DNA from: Octopus bimaculoides
Lineage: Eukaryota
Length of the DNA stretch: 64,000 nt
NCBI RefSeq assembly: GCF_001194135.2
Contig: NC_068998.1
Location: 49,748,455 to 49,812,454, forward strand
Reading direction: 5' to 3'
Made by a program: the position numbers and the translations under genes. Position 1 is the first letter of the stretch. Every line of letters starts with the position of its first letter. The notes under the pieces are model-generated. The model was not told the DNA's origin, ran no database searches, and saw only the letters and a list, made by a program, of their open reading frames with translations. Below, piece by piece: positions 57,133-64,000 of the stretch.

Positions 57133-57490
57133 ATGAAATATTCCATGTTGATTTCATTTCTCATTTTCGGTAAGTTGTGATTAGTGCATACATATCTCCC
57201 ACCTGTAAAGCTAACTGGAAATCTTTGTTTATTGTTCTCATTTATTCTGATTCTAGTTAAGACTGCATTTGAGCATGTAAGTGTATACATACACAAGCAT
57301 AAATTTACACATATCTATTTACGTGAGAGCTTCTTTGTGTGTCAATGAACAGAAAGGTCACAGGACTGATGCTTAAAATTTGATTCATAAAAAGTCATTA
57401 TTGCTTTTAATCTCCATGCACAGTACCTGTTTTCTGTTATGACACGACATCGAGTAATATACCTTCTTAACGCGCGCGAAAATAAATGTA

Positions 57491-57536
<46 letters not shown>

Positions 57537-59167
57537 CGTGTCCGTGCCAATGCGTATGTATGTGTTGCTTTATTTGCCTTCTACCTCTTGTCAGTCGATG
57601 TTAGTTTATATCCCATACGTGAGGAGACCTCCTTCGGTCATGAATGACCATGGGATTACACCCTAGAAAGTTACCCTCGGAGGCACAAATCTGAGCAAGG
57701 TTGTTTTGTGGAAGGTCAGTAGTCACCCATCCATACCAACCTCTCCTCTCCACACCACTGATGTTATCCAAGGGAAAGGCAAAGGGGCCGATACAGTTTG
57801 TCACCTGTGACGTCGCAACTCATTTCTACTGCTGAGTTAACTGGAACAACATGAAATAAAGCGTCTCGCTCAAGAACACAACACGTAGCCCGGTCCGGGA
57901 ATCGAACTCACAAACTCATGATCGTAAGCTCGACACTCTAGCCACGAGCCATGCGTAAGCGTTTAAATTATATAAATATGAAACACTGACTCACTCTTAT
58001 ATAAATATAAATACTAAATCTATCTAAACATGCAAAAGCTATCGTCCAAAAAATAAAGTGTACCGAAGCAAAAATCGTACTGTAAAAGCGCAATAACCCC
58101 ACCCCCCACAAAAAAGGCAAACTAACATCCTAGTACGTAATTTCTCTCGGCAATCAGCATACTTTCGCGATCTGCTCTATTTTACTACTAAAATATGCAT
58201 GAATATTAAGCGATATTTGTTATAAGAATTAATGTCTCTACTCAAGATTAATACAATCGAGGATGGGGCATATAAAATATGCATATTTAAAAATCTCCAT
58301 AATTTTTACATATAAACAAATCAATTCAGGAATATAGTACATGTACAGTATTAACTTAGGACAGTATCACCTGCCTCAACATATTTTTCTGTAATATTTA
58401 TTTATTCGAAGATCTGATCATGTTATTTTACTTATATAAAATATCTTTTATTTTAATTTATAGAATTTGTACTGGCATCAGACCATTGTACAGAAACAGC
58501 CAAAGAATCTTGCCACGATGCAATGAAAGCATATCCACATATAAAATCAAATTTTGACTTCTGCAAGTACGTTTGCTTTCATATTTCTATTAATATTGTC
58601 AATGTTATATTTTCTTCTTTATTATCAGTATATTTTTTTTATAAACTTACAAAAATAGAAATATTCTCGTTGAATATAACGGAAAAAACCAACAGAAGAA
58701 CCGGGGATCATGTAATGTAGTTGTTAAGTTTAACTTATAAATGTAATGGGTAATAAAATGTAGATTTAAAATGTTAATATGCTCAGATAGATTACATAAT
58801 TTGGTGTTATACATATTCTTTCATAAGACCATTATTTTCTACTGTAATGTATATATTGATGTCAACATAAAAAATGACATTGAAATGGTTTAACATTACA
58901 ATTGAGGCAACGTTGAAAATTTCATGGCCTGCCACAATATATTCTTTTATTCTTTTACTTGTTTCAGTCATTTGACTACAGCCATGCTGGAGCACCGAAT
59001 TACGTCCAGCAAGTCGACCCCAGGACTTATTCTTTGTAGTCCTAGTACTTATTCTATCGGTCTCTTTCCCGAACCACTAAGTTACGGGGACGTAAACACA
59101 CCAGCATCAGTTCTCAAGCAATGTTGGAGAGACAAGCACAGATACACAAACATATACACACACATAC

Positions 59168-59207
<40 letters not shown>

Positions 59208-60199
59208 GACGTGATTCTTTCAGTTTCCGTCTACCAAATCCACTCACAAGTCTTTGGTCGGCCCGAGGCTAGAGAAGGAAACACTTGCGCAAGATGTCAC
59301 GCAGTGGGACTGAATCCTGAACCATTTGGTTGGTAAGCAAGCTACTTACCACACAACCACTTCTGCACCTATAAATAATCTAAGATAATGAAACATATCT
59401 TAACTATTTCTTTAAAATGATATTACCCATTTTATTTTTACTTTCAGACGCATAAAAATGTTTGAAGTATGTCTTGAAGAAACCCACAGCAACTGCAATT
59501 TCTATTTCTCAATCATCTATCACCATCAGTGCAGTGGTAAGATATATTTTTATTGTTCGTCTTCTTGTCTTAAACTCATCTGCGTTTGCCTTAAATACAT
59601 TTGTTGTGGTATTCAGTCTCGTCACTCTTACTTATGATTTGAACCGAAACTAATATCTGACGAAAATATGTAGATATAATGCACCACACAGAATAAAAAT
59701 CATAAAATCAAAATTTATGATGAATGGACGCAGACATGTCCTAGAGCATGTAGGTATAGATCGTTGCAAAAGGTTATAAAGTAAAAATACACAAGTTACT
59801 GATGACAGTTATATATGAATTATAATGACTTTACATTGCATAGTCTTGGGTTAATGTAATATTTACAATTTTGTTATTATTAACTTCCGATTTGTGCCGG
59901 TAGCGGTACCATTCATTCACTGTTCACTACTTCATTAAAAAAAAAATTATTAACGTAATATATATATAATTGCAGTTTTCATATGTTTCTAACTGGTGCA
60001 ATTATGCTATTTTATTGTATTTTCTTACTATTAAATGTGGAAATGCATATAGGGAACATGCAAGAATTTCGTATATTCATAAAGATACTACCAGCACATA
60101 CACTTGTTCAGATCCAGGGATAGAGAGAATTATACTTCCTCATCTCGCTTTCTCTGGTGACTCCGTGACACCTGAGACGAAAGATCCAACATCAAGTGT

Positions 60200-60251
<52 letters not shown>

Positions 60252-60385
60252 TTTATAATGCGAGAACAAGAATCTAACATACATTTATATTTTCTCTTAG
60301 TTTTACAATAATTTTACACTATAATATTTCTTTCTCTGCAGGAATTCACTGGAATGAAGATAACAATCTCCAAGAATACGACTGA
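57133..60385 (+). CDS. Gene E: 90-aa signal-peptide, 6-Cys paralogue, predicted soluble (no hydrophobic tail as assembled). Exons 57133-57169, 58464-58566, 59448-59536, 60342-60385
   Basis: Spliced frame MKYSMLISFLIF/EFVLASDHCTETAKESCHDAMKAYPHIKSNFDFCK/RIKMFEVCLEETHSNCNFYFSIIYHHQCS/GIHWNEDNNLQEYD*. Exon sizes 37/103/89/44 nt. Exon 3 is 1 nt longer than in A, B and D, giving a phase-1 intron. Confidence 0.8.
57575..57957 (-). mobile_element. tRNA-derived SINE, in intron 1 of gene E
   Basis: Minus-strand head gcatggctcgtggctagagtg...gagttcgattcc, followed by a SINE body. Confidence 0.75.
58938..59372 (-). mobile_element. Near-full-length copy of the abundant SINE with internal (TA)n, in intron 2 of gene E
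   Basis: tRNA-like head on the minus strand (gtggttgtgtggtaagtagc...), plus the shared core seen at 12645 and elsewhere. Confidence 0.8.
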
Positions 60386-60751
60386 CGTAATCACAGTACC
60401 TTCAGTATATGATTATGGATTCAATGAATACCATTTGACTAATATAGCTAACATGTCACATCGCTTTTCGATTAATACTGCCTATAATATTACAATAAAG
60501 CAGAAATATATCACTTTAATATTCCTTGCACTGGCGATTAGATCTTCTCCTTCGTAAGACAGATCACATATAAAGTTAAAACGAATCCTAATTTATATTG
60601 CAATATCGTGGCAAATTTTAAAGCAAATTTGTTAAGACTTTTCGTTGGCAATAAAATACGATTGCTATACTAAAACATTCATATAATTATTATTACATTT
60701 TAAGTCTTCATGCATTACGCACTTCACTGCAAAACACACACACACACAAAC

Positions 60752-60794
<43 letters not shown>

Positions 60795-61100
60795 TAGATA
60801 GATAGATACATAGATATATATACATATATATACATATCATTTTTAATTTAACAGACAATATGCCATTACCACAAAGTTTATAATTATCTACATTAGAAAT
60901 ACATCTTATATTTTAACTGATATTATCACATATATGTCTAAACACAAACACACACACATATAATGCATATATATATGTGTGTGCGTGTGTGCGTGCGTGC
61001 GTGGGGTTGTATGTGCATAACTATTTATCTATATATAAATATATATATGTGTGTATGTGTATGTATATAAGTGTGTGTGTGTGTATGTGTGTGTGTTTGT

Positions 61101-61139
<39 letters not shown>

Positions 61140-61159
61140 TGGGTGTGAAATTTACAGAA

Positions 61160-61696
61160 ACGCAAAATGTGTAGACAAGTGTATAAACCGCAAGCAAGTG
61201 CATTTGTTTCATGGTCGGGAAGGTGAGAAAGTCTTCTCCGTTTCGAGCTACGTTTTTCAGCAGAAAGGAACACGATAAAATAAACAGAGAGAGAGTTATT
61301 GGTTAATCAAATACATGCTCATATTCATATATATATATATTCTTCTACTTCCTCCCTTTGTTTCTCCCTTTACAACTCTCTCTCTTCCCCTTACACCGGC
61401 ATGGTCACATGCTTCCGGTCAATAATCCTTTTCTTCCTTGGCTATCGTCGAGCAAACACGCGAACCTTCGTCCCTTTCAAGTTCGTGCCTCACAGCGTTC
61501 ATACACACATAACTTTTCTCGTCTGGCCGTAAAGCCTTTTCTGTTTGTTTTCCTGTCTTGTTTTTTGTCCGCCACTACATTGCTCCATGGCTAGATTTAA
61601 TTTGAATATACAAATTTAATCTGCGGTCCATGGGATGAGCCGTTTTAACGATGCGTCCTGCCCAAGCTCGTCGAAACGCCGGTGTTAAAATGTGGG
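61160..61696. mobile_element. Probable Penelope-like terminal relics
   Basis: GC-richer patch with cgaaacg-type 3' motifs and a degenerate IYKFN..GP endonuclease-end-like sequence just before a gap. Confidence 0.3.
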
Positions 61697-61997
61697 NNNN
61701 NNNNNNNNNNNNNNNNNNNNNNNNNNNNNNNNNNNNNNNNNNNNNNNNNNNNNNNNNNNNNNNNNNNNNNNNNNNNNNNNNNNNNNNNNNNNNNNNNNNN
61801 NNNNNNNNNNNNNNNNNNNNNNNNNNNNNNNNNNNNNNNNNNNNNNNNNNNNNNNNNNNNNNNNNNNNNNNNNNNNNNNNNNNNNNNNNNNNNNNNNNNN
61901 NNNNNNNNNNNNNNNNNNNNNNNNNNNNNNNNNNNNNNNNNNNNNNNNNNNNNNNNNNNNNNNNNNNNNNNNNNNNNNNNNNNNNNNNNNNNNNNNN

Positions 61998-62030
<33 letters not shown>

Positions 62031-62469
62031 TATATGTATATATATATATATTATACTAGCAGATATACCCGGCGTTGTTCGTTATTAAAATATCATAGTT
62101 CTTTCATATTTTATATGTTTCAGTCATGTGACTGCAGCTATGCTGGAACACCGCCTTTAGTCGAATAAATCTGACCTAGGATTTATACATTCTAAGGCTA
62201 ATATTTATTTTATCAGTATATTTTGCCGAACCGCTAAGTTACGATGTGAACACGACGTCGGTTATAAAGCGATGGTGGGGGTACAAACACACACGTGCAC
62301 ACACAAATATACACATATATACGCTAGTCTTCTTTTAGTTTCCGTCTACCAAATTCACCCACAAGTCTTTGGTCGACCTCGTGGTGATTTGTATTAAAAT
62401 ATAAGCTATAAATATGGTCCAATCGATGTATTTGCTAATCTGAGCTTTTCTCCAATTTCTGATTATTTA

Positions 62470-62900
62470 CATTATATATGTGATTCTGTGCAACCATAGA
62501 ATAATAAGCCGGACATAGTCTTAAATGAGAAAGAAAACAAAATATGCTGGATCATAAATATAGCACTCCCATCTGACAACAAGATATGCGATAAGGAAGA
62601 ACTAAATGTCGAGTGATATGACAGGTTAACTTGAGAAATTAAGCAGTTGTGGTCGACGAACAAGGGAGCAGTAGTACCAATAATTGTCGGAGCCCTGGGA
62701 ACAGTGAACAAAATCTCGAGAAGTACGTGGAACAAATAGGGGTTGCAATAAGGGTGGAGCACTTGCAGAAAACAACACTACTTTGGACCGCTCGAATACT
62801 CCGGAAGGTACTCGAAAAATAAGCGGTGTTACCTTAGTTCACTGGTAGTGAACAGCTGACACTGTAGTGCATCTCCAGCGTTAGAAGCTGTGAAAAGGCA
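62470..62900 (+). mobile_element. R4/Dong-like LINE 3' end with (TAC)n/(GAT)n tail
   Basis: Clearly similar to 43200-43630 (tgctggatcata.atatagca, ttaagcag.tgtgg, ggtgttaccttagttcac.ggtag, catctccagcgttagaagctgtgaaaa). Confidence 0.8.
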
Positions 62901-62975
<75 letters not shown>

Positions 62976-64000
62976 ATAATAACGACGATGATGATGATGA
63001 TGATGATGATCATGATGATGATGATGGTGATAATAATAATAATAATAAAATATAGATGACAGAATTGTCGGTGGAAGAGATCATGCAAGAACAGGAAAAG
63101 TAAAACTAGGCAGTAGAAAAGATAAACAACATTAGAGATACAGTCCAATCAAAAGAAGAGCCTATGCGACAACAATAACAACACTATCAATCAGGATGTG
63201 ACGATTGTTTTATTCTGACATGAAAATGTCAGAATAATACACGATATTTTATGAGGAACACTCAGTAATTAAAATATACGTTGGAATTTATGAAAATTAC
63301 ATATATTAGTTTACAACGTAGTGAAAATTTACTCCTTTAATGAGTTACAGAACATCTGTTGCTCCACGTTTCTTTATTCCTTTTTGCAAATATAAATAGT
63401 GCGCGGATGTATGATCATTAAACAACTACGTTGGGGGTGAATGATTCCGTAAAATGTAAGTAGAAATATTTTCAATACGTCTCTTCGTTTCGTTTTTCCA
63501 TCTCCGATTTTAATTTTGATCCTCTATGTAAAAAAAAGATACTTCCCACGTTTTTCGAAGTGTCCCACCCATGAGATATCGATGCTTGATGTGTCAAAAC
63601 GATTGTCGTGCTTAATAATTTAAATTCCTGTATATTCCACCTTCCATCTTTCATTATATATATATATTTCCCTCAATATACACAAGAGAAAAAGGCCAGG
63701 TCAGTTCCTCCTCAATTTTATTCGATTGTCAAAGAATATGTATAAGAATATGTATATGTATTTTTCCATATGTGTATTTTCATACACTGTTTTTAACAAT
63801 TTCACCTTAATATCAGAGAATGTGTGACAATCAGTATGTAACACTACAAAGTTCATACACAGCTTTATACTTTAAATATATTTTATCATCAAAGAATGTA
63901 TATATGCATTTTAATACTCAAACTGTTTTTTAACATTTTTTTATTATTCTCAAAGACTTTTGATAATATTTTTTCTAAAAAAGTGAAACCGTTTAAGTAA

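Overview
AT-rich, microsatellite-dense animal genomic DNA from a gapped short-read assembly; the SINE and repeat content looks cephalopod, most likely Octopus. The ORF track is almost entirely noise from microsatellites, N-gaps and transposon relics. Reading splice sites by hand shows a + strand tandem array of five paralogous multi-exon genes (A-E, about 16.9-60.4 kb) that no ORF in the track captures. They encode ~90-110 aa proteins with a signal peptide (first exon found for A, C and E only), a conserved 6-Cys scaffold C-x7-C-x12-16-FC-x8-C-x7-C-x11-C, a polar spacer micro-exon and a hydrophobic GPI-signal-like tail. Exon sizes and intron phases (1-2-0-0) are conserved while the residues between cysteines are very divergent. 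Gene E appears to have lost its anchor, and a possible collapsed sixth copy lies at 12.8-13.2 kb. I do not recognise the family. The rest is decayed mobile DNA: tRNA-derived SINEs, mariner, pogo, Penelope-like, CR1/L2, RTE and R4/Dong-like LINE relics, and a fold-back MITE. Exon models are manual predictions without transcript support, and transposon boundaries are approximate.
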